In this document: piece after piece, positions 38,548-48,500 of the stretch
Numbering within the stretch: position 1 is the stretch's first letter
Layout: each line of letters opens with the position of its first letter
Notes under the pieces: generated by a model
What the model was told of the DNA's origin: nothing
The model's input: the letters and a program-made list of their open reading frames with translations, nothing else
The model's database searches: none
NCBI GenBank assembly: GCA_040752695.1
Contig: JBFMGO010000012.1
Location: forward strand, 16,737-80,736
Reading direction: 5' to 3'
Source: a bacterium
Lineage (GTDB): Bacteria; SZUA-182; DTGQ01
DNA length: 64,000 bases
Program-made: the position numbers and the translations under genes

Positions 38548-38815
38548 TTTTTGTCTCTCCTGAGCGAAGTGAAGGGTTTTATAATTTCTCAGCCGCAAGA
38601 TTCTGCAATTACCTTCGCTTCGCTCAAGGGAGCAAAGCTCATCAGGATATCCCGTTATGACAGGGGAAGTTTGACTGATTATCCAATGGTTTTTGTCTCC
38701 TCTGAGCAAAGTGAAGGGTTTTATAATTTCTCAAGCACATGATTCCGCAATTACCTTCGCTTTGCTCAGGGGCAAAACTCATCAGGGTGTCCCTTTATAA
38801 CAGGGGAAGTTTGAC
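38548..38815 (+). repeat. Two tandem ~127-nt structured units, period about 142 nt
   Basis: Copies at 38548-38675 and 38690-38815, each with a 15-bp stem TGAGCRAAGTGAAGG / CCTTCGCTTYGCTCA. Confidence 0.9.
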
Positions 38816-38843
38816 AGCATACTGAACGCGCATTGGAGTGAAT

Positions 38844-38908
38844 GTCTATCCGAAAAAATCCTGGAAGGCGGTCTGACCAGTAGAGTCATTTTCACTTTTT
38901 GGATAGGC
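38844..38908. repeat. Short MITE-like element with terminal inverted repeats
   Basis: GTCTATCCGAAAAA ... TTTTTGGATAGGC. Confidence 0.5.
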
Positions 38909-38938
38909 GATCATCAGGTTATGAAAGGAAAATAAATC

Positions 38939-40309
38939 ATGCGAAAGGTTATCATCGTAATGCTGTGCTTGTCTTTATGGCTATGCCTGGTCGTATGGCT
39001 TTATGGATGTAATGAAGGAAAAGGTGAGAACAGGGTTGAGAGCAGTAATACTGAAAAAAATACTTCTGATGAAGACAATACACTCCCTGTAGCCAATATC
39101 CTGAGCCCTACCTATTTGACAACCTACGTCGAAGGCGATCTCATTATTTTCAACGGGACCGGTTATGATACGGAGGATGGAGAATTAACGGGTGATTCGC
39201 TGCAATGGACAGCTCGTTTCAAGGGAGTTGGCACTGATCCGGAAGATGGGAGATTAGCGGGCAATGCATTACGATGGATATCGGACGGCCCTATAGGGAC
39301 CGGCGGGGCTTTTGTCTGTTCATTGCCCCTCGGAGTTCATACCATTACCTTGACAACAGTGGACAGTAAAGGCGCTACATGCACCAAATCGACAATAATA
39401 ATGGTTATTCCCAAAGAGTTACCGCAAACTCAAAATGCCCTTGTAGAGGTGCATGGCTATATAAGAGAATCCATAGATTATGAAGGGTGCATCAAACTGC
39501 TCGGCGAATTGAAAAATACCGGCGATGTGCCTGCAACTTTTTGTAAGATAAAATTTATTTTCAGAGACGATGTCTCTGAGGGGCCTATCGGATCGTCATA
39601 TACGTATGTGGAAGGAACAAATAAAACGATAACCGCAATAAATTCTGAAAGCAATACGGTTCTGGACCCTGATGATGTCGGTGCGTTTATGGTGTTTACA
39701 GATATCCTTTACAAAGAAGACATTTATTATGAATATGAGATAGAATGGAGGGAGGACGAAACATCTTCTCCCGATGCCAGTTTAATCGTGGACGGTCCAA
39801 TATCAAACTCTGTCGTCAGCGCAGACGGTTACCTGGATTACCTGGAGTTGTCAGGAAAAGTAAAAAATACGGGAACCCAGACAGCCATACTGGGTACGAT
39901 AACGTTTATCTTAAGGGATTCAAGCGGCGATGTTATCGAAATAGCACCTCTTAACACTATTAAAGGAGAAACTATTCCTCTGCCCGATGAGAGTATCTCT
40001 ACGGATACCGCAGTAGTGCCCGGCGGTACAGGGACTTTTACAACATGGCCAATCATGTTTGGGGTATCCAGCTATGATTACAAGATAAAATGGTTTGACT
40101 ATCATGAAACGGCCTCATCTCAAAGAACGAGAAGTCTCTCTTCTGATTTTATCGATCTTGATCAGAATGATCCAAAATTTTTATGGAAGCAGAAAGACGA
40201 AGAGACTGATACATTGAGAGAAGAAATGCACTGGACAGAGGGTACTTCCGGCAACTGCAGCAAGCGTTTAGGTTTTTCAAGAGCAAAAGTTTCTCGGAAC
40301 GACAAATGA
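38939..40309 (+). CDS. Lipoprotein with PKD-like domain and two FxLYD-like repeats
   Basis: Lipobox LYGC; duplicated G.G.D.EDG.L.G..L.W; GELKNTG..IFRD and GKVKNTG..ILRD repeats. Confidence 0.7.
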   Translation: MRKVIIVMLCLSLWLCLVVWLYGCNEGKGENRVESSNTEKNTSDEDNTLPVANILSPTYLTTYVEGDLIIFNGTGYDTEDGELTGDSLQWTARFKGVGTDPEDGRLAGNALRWISDGPIGTGGAFVCSLPLGVHTITLTTVDSKGATCTKSTIIMVIPKELPQTQNALVEVHGYIRESIDYEGCIKLLGELKNTGDVPATFCKIKFIFRDDVSEGPIGSSYTYVEGTNKTITAINSESNTVLDPDDVGAFMVFTDILYKEDIYYEYEIEWREDETSSPDASLIVDGPISNSVVSADGYLDYLELSGKVKNTGTQTAILGTITFILRDSSGDVIEIAPLNTIKGETIPLPDESISTDTAVVPGGTGTFTTWPIMFGVSSYDYKIKWFDYHETASSQRTRSLSSDFIDLDQNDPKFLWKQKDEETDTLREEMHWTEGTSGNCSKRLGFSRAKVSRNDK

Positions 40310-40340
40310 AAGCTCCCATTACTTCACCCTCAGGGAGAGT

Positions 40341-40374
40341 GGCCAGCCCCCCGCATCTAGGGGCTGGCCTTTTA
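40341..40374 (+). terminator. Intrinsic terminator
   Basis: GGCCAGCCCC...GGGGCTGGCC followed by TTTT. Confidence 0.75.
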
Positions 40375-40427
40375 TTAGGGAGAGAAGGAAATTAGGGGTG
40401 ACGGACGGAAAGTTCAACTACTCGATT

Positions 40428-40934
40428 TTATCCCTCAGGATTAAAAAGGATTAACCCTTTGGAAAATCGATTATTTTCATCGATTATTGCCTGAATATGC
40501 ATCGCTACTTTAATTTTTTTGCCGTTTTTCCCGCAAATCTGGCTTTTCAGCTTACTTTGAGAATTTTTTTTCAAGGGAGGGGGAAGCAAAAGGCCGGTCC
40601 CCTGACAATCTGCATAAGAAAGCAACTCGAAACAATCGGCGTGTAAAAGCTCTTCTCTGGTATAACCCGTAATGAGCTCTGCTGCCGGATTGGCGTATCC
40701 GATAGAGTGGTCCCTGTTGATGATCAGCAATCCGCTGGTGATATTTTCATACAGGGCCAGACTTACCTTTTTTTCCCGTAAGAGCTCCTGCTCGCTTTGC
40801 TTAAGCTTATATTTCAGATCCTTACTATTTTTTTCCAGCCTTTTTTTTATATCCCACAGGTCCTTGTTTGTTCGGATCATAGTTTGCATCAATCTTTTCT
40901 GCTTACGCGCCTTGCCGATTCTTTCAGTTTGCAT
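40428..40934 (-). CDS. Coiled-coil plus single PAS domain protein
   Basis: GLLIINRDHSIGYANPAAELITGYTREELL. Confidence 0.8.
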   Translation of the reverse strand: MQTERIGKARKQKRLMQTMIRTNKDLWDIKKRLEKNSKDLKYKLKQSEQELLREKKVSLALYENITSGLLIINRDHSIGYANPAAELITGYTREELLHADCFELLSYADCQGTGLLLPPPLKKNSQSKLKSQICGKNGKKIKVAMHIQAIIDENNRFSKGLILFNPEG

Positions 40935-41157
40935 GATAGATACCTCTCTCTCTCTTGTAATTTTGGAAGATTATTCCCCTTTAAAAAGATCATTTCTCTT
41001 GATAAGATAGTTCTCTTCTTGAAACAGAAACGGTACATACGTTCGGTAAGCACGGTCATTATCGAGAAAACTCTTTAAAAAGACCGGAATCCCTTCGATA
41101 CGTTTTGGTATGGTCGAAGGTGCTCTTTTGAATTTATCGAGAACAACTAATTAAATT

Positions 41158-41239
41158 GCAAATTGAATGCCAGCGTTTAAGTTATTGATTCTTTGTAATT
41201 AATAACAAGAAAAGAATAGATCGGGCGACAATTTTGTCG
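41158..41239 (-). promoter_or_regulatory. Sigma-54 promoter with adjacent IHF site and palindromic activator site
   Basis: TGGCATTCAATTTGC (41172-41158); AATCAATAACTTA matching WATCAAN4TTR (41190-41178); CGACAATTTTGTCG (41226-41239). Confidence 0.7.
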
Positions 41240-41884
41240 ATCCGGTCAATCCCTCACGGCAAGGGAGGTAATCTCAATATCGTGTTATTTTAATAACTTG
41301 TGCTGAAAGCAGGTGAGATTTTCTTCTTCGACAAATATGTAGGGAAAAGGCCCTTCCGATTGTGAGGCGAAGTGATTCCAAGAGCCTTCCTCATGTAACA
41401 GAGCATCATTCACGAAAGAGCAAGGGAGCGCGGAGAGCCGCCGCGCTCCCTTATGCTGAAGGAGATATAAGAGATAAAAAGATTTGGTGCCGCAGCCGCT
41501 CCTTTCGCGATTGTTCCTGATCACGTATCTCTATCTCTGTAAGCAGACGTATGGAATATAATTCCCGGGATCAGTAAAAAGCGGCTACACTCCAACCGCA
41601 TGGGTAAAGAGGCAAATCTTGTACCAGCCGTATCGATGGTACTAACTCTCTGGTAAGATTGAAATTTATAGAAATAAGGGCTATAACTTTTATAGGGTTG
41701 ATACCATAATCCTTATGGGTCAAGTCGATGGTTCTTATCAACATAAGTGAAACAGGTTACAATTTCTCTTAAACGCTTAAGAGGGAAATGAGCCGATAGA
41801 TGAAATAATTCAGCGTAAGAAGGGTGTAAAATTAGCTACATTTAGGCAGCCTTAAAAAGGCTGCGAAAGAAAAGACGGGAACGT

Positions 41885-44467
41885 ATGTTATCTCAAGTGA
41901 CTAACTGGAGTGTAAAGAGAAAATTTAGTCTGATTCTAGCCATACTTTTTTTACCTGCATCGTTAACATTCAGCTTCTTCACCTATCGCCAGGAATATCT
42001 GACCAGGGTTGAAGCGGAAACAGCAAAAGCCAGACTGGTGGCCGGGAGCCTGAACGAGCATTGGAGCGAGCTCATACAGGGGATGGAAACAGGAGCGGGC
42101 GCAGGCTCTTTTGGAAAAGCGGCAGAGAATTCTGTCTCCGGTTTCAGCCACAGTTCGGAACTGGTGACCCGGATTTTAGGCCCATCCCTTTCGGTTCGCT
42201 ATGTCTCTTTAACCCCTCTTAATCCACGGAACAGGGCGGACTCTTTTGAGCAGGAAGGAATACGGATGCTGGAGCGCGAGGAGGGGGACCAGGATGAATA
42301 TGTGAAATTGAGTTGGCTCGAAGGAGAAAAAGCTATTCGCTACTTAAAGCCTCTTCGCGGCAAGGATGCCTGTCTGCAATGTCACCGTTCTCCGAAAAGT
42401 ACGGCTGCAACCTCCATGGGGCATTCTCCTTCCGGGGAAGCCGGTTCTGTCGATCGGGAGGGAGCCATGCTGCTGGGGTGTATTTCAATAACCGTTCCTT
42501 ATCGGGTCTTTGGCCTGCCCCTTGAGAAAAACCTGGAAAGATCTGTCTTGGTCAACTTCGGGATTTTCGGATTCATGATTTTAGTCTGGCTCATTTTTGC
42601 CAAGGTTCATATCCAAGATCGGCTTGACGAGTTATCGAAAGAGATGGCCGCCGTCGCCGGTGGAGAGGATGGCAGGTCTGATGGAGCGGAAGAAATCAGG
42701 GGCAGCCGTAACGAAGAAATCAGGGGCAGCCGCAACGATGAGATTGGGTCTTTATTTGCAAGCTTTTACGCAATGCGGTCGCAGGTCAGGCAAAGGGTGC
42801 AGCTTTTGAAAGGAGAAGCAGAGCTGTGCCAAAGTCTTGCCCGATCGGCAGTCTTTGGAGTGATAGTCCTGGATATCGAAGGGAAGATACTTCTTTTCAA
42901 TGACGGTGCGGAAAAGATCTTTGGCTGGAAAAGAGGTGAAGTTCTGAACCAGAAGGCAACATTACTGATACCGCCGAAGCTTCGCCGGGAGTACAAATAT
43001 GCCCTTATGCAGCGGCTGAGAGACGCCCGCCTTCGGGAAGAGCCTATTGAAGCGCCCGGCATGCGAAAGGATGGGGTGGAATTTTTTGCCCGTCTATCCG
43101 TATCGGCAGGCAAAACTTCAGGAGGCAGGATATTTACCGTTATTATTCAGGACATAACGGAGCAGAAAAGAAAAGAGGGAGAAATGAGCAGGCAGAATGA
43201 GAAGCTGGTCCTGTTGAACCAGATATCGACTGAGCTGCTTCTTGAGCGTGACCTGAAAAAACTGGCTGAACGTTCTCTGGATGAGTCCCTGGAGCTGACT
43301 GACAGTCCCTTTGGCCTTTTTCTGTTAAAGAACAAGGATGGAGACCTGGTGCCATTGACGATGATGGGATTATCGGCTCATAAGGAGGAGAATGAGGAAG
43401 TTCCGCAGGTATTTCGTCCTATCGGCGTTCTGGGGGAGATTATGCGTAAGAAGATGCCGTATCTCATTAATACCAGGCCCAGGTTGGCGTCGGTGGGAGA
43501 GAATCGCACGGTTCTTTCCTTTGGCAAGTTTTCTTTTTATTCTTTTCTGGGAGCGCCTATCATCTCCGACGGGGAAGTGATTGGTGTCATTTGTGTAGCC
43601 AACAGACCCGAAGGATACACGGGCAAAGAGCAGGAGCTTTTGTCTGCACTGGCTGATGATCTTTCTCTGCTCATTATCAGAAATGCGGTTGAAAAGGAAA
43701 CCAGGGTCTTGAAGGAGGAGTTTCAAACCCTTTTCGACCAATCGAGCGACATGATCGTTCTTTGTAACCTGGAAGGGAGAATCATCGCCGTGAACTACCG
43801 GGTAGTTCAGTATACCGGATATGCCTATCAGGAATTAATCGATTATGCTTTCTGGAAGCTTCATCTGCCCGATGAGGAGCGAAAATGCAGGGAGTTCCTG
43901 AAAAGAGTTCTTAAAATGGAAACCTTCCGCCTTGAAAGTATTTTCCGGCAAAAAAACGGGGGTTCGTTCCCGGTGGATCTTCATGCTCATGTGGTGGCTT
44001 TTGGGGATCAGAAGGTTATTCAGGTGGTTATCAGAGACATGATTCAATCCAAAAAGGCGGAAAGCGATTTTAAAAACCAGATCGAGAGCCTGACCAAAAG
44101 GCTGGCGGAGTACCGCAGGGAAATGACCTTTTTCCGTATGGTGGTGGATACTTTGTCGGAGTATGTGATCCTGACTGACAGGACAGGAAGAATCCTTCTG
44201 GCCAATGCTTCATTTTGCCAGAGGTTCGGTTATGCTCAGGATGAATTGGTTGGCCAGCCGGTTGAATTTCTTTTCAGTCCTGACCTGTCGATTGATACGG
44301 TTGATCAGATTATCACTCACGCCATGGAGAAAGGCTGGAACGGGGGAGTGGTACATCTGACGAAAGGGGGACAAAAGATCCAGTTGAAACTCTCCATGCA
44401 GGCGGTTCATGACCCTGGAAACGGAATTTTCGGTCTTGTGGGGATATATTCAGAGTGTATGGTCTAA
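41885..44467 (+). CDS. Membrane sensor: Tll0287/DUF3365-like heme-c domain, HAMP, PAS, GAF, PAS, PAS; no output domain
   Basis: Two TM segments; PLNPRNRADSFE, RYLKPL, CLQCH; DEIGSLFASFYAM; three PAS and one GAF; stop directly after the last PAS. Confidence 0.85.
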   Translation: MLSQVTNWSVKRKFSLILAILFLPASLTFSFFTYRQEYLTRVEAETAKARLVAGSLNEHWSELIQGMETGAGAGSFGKAAENSVSGFSHSSELVTRILGPSLSVRYVSLTPLNPRNRADSFEQEGIRMLEREEGDQDEYVKLSWLEGEKAIRYLKPLRGKDACLQCHRSPKSTAATSMGHSPSGEAGSVDREGAMLLGCISITVPYRVFGLPLEKNLERSVLVNFGIFGFMILVWLIFAKVHIQDRLDELSKEMAAVAGGEDGRSDGAEEIRGSRNEEIRGSRNDEIGSLFASFYAMRSQVRQRVQLLKGEAELCQSLARSAVFGVIVLDIEGKILLFNDGAEKIFGWKRGEVLNQKATLLIPPKLRREYKYALMQRLRDARLREEPIEAPGMRKDGVEFFARLSVSAGKTSGGRIFTVIIQDITEQKRKEGEMSRQNEKLVLLNQISTELLLERDLKKLAERSLDESLELTDSPFGLFLLKNKDGDLVPLTMMGLSAHKEENEEVPQVFRPIGVLGEIMRKKMPYLINTRPRLASVGENRTVLSFGKFSFYSFLGAPIISDGEVIGVICVANRPEGYTGKEQELLSALADDLSLLIIRNAVEKETRVLKEEFQTLFDQSSDMIVLCNLEGRIIAVNYRVVQYTGYAYQELIDYAFWKLHLPDEERKCREFLKRVLKMETFRLESIFRQKNGGSFPVDLHAHVVAFGDQKVIQVVIRDMIQSKKAESDFKNQIESLTKRLAEYRREMTFFRMVVDTLSEYVILTDRTGRILLANASFCQRFGYAQDELVGQPVEFLFSPDLSIDTVDQIITHAMEKGWNGGVVHLTKGGQKIQLKLSMQAVHDPGNGIFGLVGIYSECMV

Positions 44468-44488
44468 ACACCGGGCAAGGTCCGGATA

Positions 44489-45475
44489 TTATGCCTTGTT
44501 GCAACACGCTCGCAATACCTCCAAAAGGTGAGCGAAGTCCTCCGGCAGGGGGGCGGTGAATTCCAGGTAGTTTTTCCCTTCAGGATGGATAAAACCCAGG
44601 ACTTCGGCATGCAGGGCCTGCCGCTTCAAATCGGCAGCGGCCTGACACACTTTCGGGTACTTCTTGATGGATGGAGGGGGCTTGCGGTATCCGTAGACCG
44701 GATCTCCCACCAAAGGATGCCCGATATGGCTCAAATGAACCCGGATCTGATGGGTTCTGCCGGTTTTGAGGCAGACCCGAAGGAGGCTGAATAAAGGGTC
44801 GCAACCAGGGAGAGCCTCCTCTACCATATAATGTGTAATGGCCAGCCTCCCCCTTCTGGTCATGGTGGACATTTTTTTCCGGTCGGTAACATGCCTGCCG
44901 ATCCGGGTTTCGATTTCCCCTTCAGACTGTGGCAGCTTTCCGTAAACCAGAGCCCTGTAAATCTTCTTGACCATCCTGGCCTTGATCTGCTCGCTCAAGC
45001 TCCGGTGGGCGGCATCGGTCTTGGCCACAATCAAAAGACCCGTGGTATCTTTGTCCAGTCGGTGAACAATGCCCGGTCTTGTTACTCCGCCGATTCCGGA
45101 AAGGAACCGGCAGTGGTGGAGGAGGGCGTTTACCAGGGTTCCGTCGATGTTTCCTGCCGCAGGGTGAACAACCATACCGCTGGGCTTATTGACGACAATG
45201 ATCGAGTCATCCTCATACACGATATCAAGGGGAATAGCCTGCGGTATCGCTTGAGTTACTTTCGGCTCCGGTAGGGTGACCTCGATGTGGTCACCTTCCC
45301 TGAGTGAATAGCCCGTCTTGTTCATGGTTATACCGTTGACGCTGATCTGGCCCGCTTCCAGAAGCCTTTGGATTTGGGATCTCGATAGGTCGAGATCCTG
45401 TCTTTGGCTCAAGAAACGATCGATGCGCTGGCGGACATCCTCCGGACGTATAGTGAATTGGTATAACCTGTTCAT
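44489..45475 (-). CDS. rluD: RluA-family pseudouridine synthase with S4 domain (RluD-type)
   Basis: S4 domain, VNKPSGMVVHP, GIVHRLDKDTTG, TGRTHQIRVH. Confidence 0.92.
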   Translation of the reverse strand: MNRLYQFTIRPEDVRQRIDRFLSQRQDLDLSRSQIQRLLEAGQISVNGITMNKTGYSLREGDHIEVTLPEPKVTQAIPQAIPLDIVYEDDSIIVVNKPSGMVVHPAAGNIDGTLVNALLHHCRFLSGIGGVTRPGIVHRLDKDTTGLLIVAKTDAAHRSLSEQIKARMVKKIYRALVYGKLPQSEGEIETRIGRHVTDRKKMSTMTRRGRLAITHYMVEEALPGCDPLFSLLRVCLKTGRTHQIRVHLSHIGHPLVGDPVYGYRKPPPSIKKYPKVCQAAADLKRQALHAEVLGFIHPEGKNYLEFTAPLPEDFAHLLEVLRACCNKA

Positions 45476-45535
45476 TGTTCATGCCTTTTTAAAGGGGGAG
45501 CGAAGGGGATTTGGGAAAAATTGTGCCTTTCATCC

Positions 45536-48500
45536 TCAGGCTGAGTGGGTTATTACCTTGTGCAATATCTCACTCAGGGTTTTTATTCCATATGGTTTGG
45601 CAATAGCACCGCAAAAGCCGTATTCTTTATATTCCGACATGATGGGATCATCGTTGTAACCACTGGAGACAATTCCCTTGGCATTCGGGTCTATGGCAAG
45701 CAGTTTCTTTAGGGCTTCTTTTCCTCCCATCCCGCCGGGAATAGTCAAATCCATGATAACAGCGTCAAAGCTCTCCCCCGTTTCTCTTTTCTTTTTATAG
45801 AGCTCAATCGCTTCAGCGCCATCTTGAGCATATTCAACTTCATATCCGAGACGAGCCAGCATCTTTCCCATCATATTCCTGATACTGGGTTGATCATCCA
45901 TACAGAGGACCTTGCCTTTGCCTCGAAAAATTTTTTCACCAGCATCATCTTTCGCTTCTTTGATGGTTTCTGTTTCTGCAGCAGGGAGGTAGACACGAAA
46001 AGTCGCCCCGGAGCCTGCTTCAGACTCTACGGTAATATGGCCTCCATGCTTTTTGATAATAGAATAGGTGATCGCTAAACCGAGGCCGCTCCCTTTTGGC
46101 TTGGTCGTAAAAAACGGATCAAATATTTTGTGGAGATGTTCTTTCTGTATACCGACTCCCTGATCCTTTATGGATACTTCGATATATTTTCCCTTTTTTA
46201 ATGCTCTGTTGTCACCATTATTACCCGATCCGATAATCATATCTGGATTATCTCTCGATCCGATGATCATATCTGGCCCAACAGTCGCATCTGCCCCGAC
46301 CATTACATTTTCAGCACATACTCTGATTATTCCGCCTTCAGGCATAGCCTGCGCGGCATTGATCACCAAGTTATTGATAACCTGATTTATCTGTCCTTCG
46401 TCAATATTCGCGCACCAAAGATCATCTGCCAGAGACAATTCGCACTTAGCCTGAGAACCACTTAAGGCAAGGTGAATGGTATCTTTTAATAAATCCGTAA
46501 TGGGAACGATTTTCTTTATCGGCTCTCCCCCCTGGGAAAAAGTAAGCAATTGCTGAGTCAAGTATTTTGTCTGATGAGATGCTCTTTTTATCTCTTCCAC
46601 TATTTCCAGGATATTATCTCCCGATTTTGCATAAAATTCCACCAGAGAAAGATTACCGATGATAGTGGTTAACAGGTTGTTAAAGTCATGAGCGATACCA
46701 CCGGCGAGAACCCCAAGGGATTCGAGTTTTTGAATTTTTTGCAGCTCGTCTTCTATCTTTTTGCGCACGGTAATATCGCGGGCCAGACAGAGGATAACCT
46801 TACGCCCACGATACTCGATCATGCTCAGTCTTCCTTCGACCGGAAAGGTCGATCCATCCTTTCTGCGGTGAGTACAGGGAAATGTCGCTGTACCGCGCCC
46901 CAAACCGTCCAGCAGTGCGGCCATTTTCTCCTGGTTATGGCACGGGTTAATGTCTCCCATGGTCATATTCAGCAACTCGTCACGGCTATAGCCGAGACTT
47001 TCGCATGTTTGCTGATTGACATTGATGATGTTACCTCCTCTATCGTATACAACCACTGCGTCGGGTGCTCGTTCGATCATCTCCTGCAGGGAACGCTCAT
47101 GCTCTATCAGGTCTCTTACCAGATATGCATTCTCGATGGAGATGGATGCCTGCACGGCAAAGGAGCTCATCAGTTCGAGTTCGTTCTGTCCGAAGATTCC
47201 ACCGGCCATGCGGTTGTCGAGATAGATCACGCCCAGGAACTTCTCTCGTGCCTTAAGCGGTACACACAAGGCCTCCTTGATGCCGTATTCGTTGAGCTCG
47301 TTGGCAATGCTGGTAAAGGTGTGGCCGTTCTGGTCTTCGACCAGACCCTGCTGGGTTTTTTCCACCTGCTGAACGAGGGCGAGGCTGATCCCGCATTGTA
47401 CGCACGAGAACGTCTTTCGCTCCTCATGATCGATCCCTTTTGACACTTTCTGCTGTAAGGTGCCATCTTCTTCATCGAGAAGTAAAAGGAAGCCCCGTTC
47501 AGCACCGGTCACTTTCATGGCCTGATCAACGATCTTCTCAAGCAGCTCTTCCAGCCCGCAGAGAGAACCGATGGCCCTGGTGACAGACAGAAGCGAATCG
47601 AGGCGGCGAGAGAGGGTCAATGCCTCGCGGGCCTCGACAGCCTCGCTATCAGGAAAAAATCTCTCGAGGAGCTTCACAGCCCTGTCTAGCTCCGACTTTG
47701 CGCCTGACTGGATAAATATCTCCTTTGCTTCTATGAGGTATGCATGGGCTTTTTTGCTGCCGGGATCATCTTTGAGGAGGAACGATGCTTCTTCCAGGAG
47801 AATGCAGGCCAGACGGTAGGTATCGCGGGTATGCTCACGCAGATAGCTTATACCCTGCTCCCAGGTTATTATCCCTTTTTTCTTTTTCCCGCAGAGCCAC
47901 TGATAGATGCCGTTTACCTGATAAGCCCAGCCACGATAGGTCGGAAATCTTTTCCCCTTGCGATGCGCCATCTTACAGAAGTGCTTTGCCCTTTCCATAT
48001 ATTTCGCTCTTTCAGCTTCGGTGAGATGTGGTTTGTTCATAATCGTATAAAGATAAACGAGACCGCACATGCCGGGGGTATCTAAAACCCAGGTAACCAG
48101 GTTGTTATAGTCCGAAAAAATTTCGGCAACACGGTCGGCCAGCCGGATAGCTTCCTCGTAATTCCCTGCTCTGACATGCGCAAAGGAGAGAATCCCGGTA
48201 GCACATAAAGTCCATGGTTTATCATTGACCTGTTCGAGAATTTTTATACTCTCTTCCATGGTCTTGATTCCCTCGTGCTTAAGCCTTTCGTCTCCGATGT
48301 AGGTAAGAATCTGCCCCTTAAAACCTAACGTCCATCCCATATCTTGAAGAGCATTGATGCTTTGCATGAGAGTGATTGTTTCTTCATTGTTTTTTAACAC
48401 TTCATTGAAGTTTCTTCCCATCATGCAATCAGCCCACCCCTGAAAAACCAATGCGTGGCCGAGATCCCAGTATTCTCCAGCCCCTTTCAGCAATTTTATC

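Noticed and set aside
38428..38742. 104-aa ORF across the tandem repeat
   Set aside because: No RBS or motif, and indels between the two copies do not preserve a common frame
38548..38815. Tandem glycine riboswitch
   Set aside because: CTCATCAGG and GACAGGGG are reminiscent, but the GGAGA and CCGAAG core elements are absent and the downstream gene is unrelated to glycine
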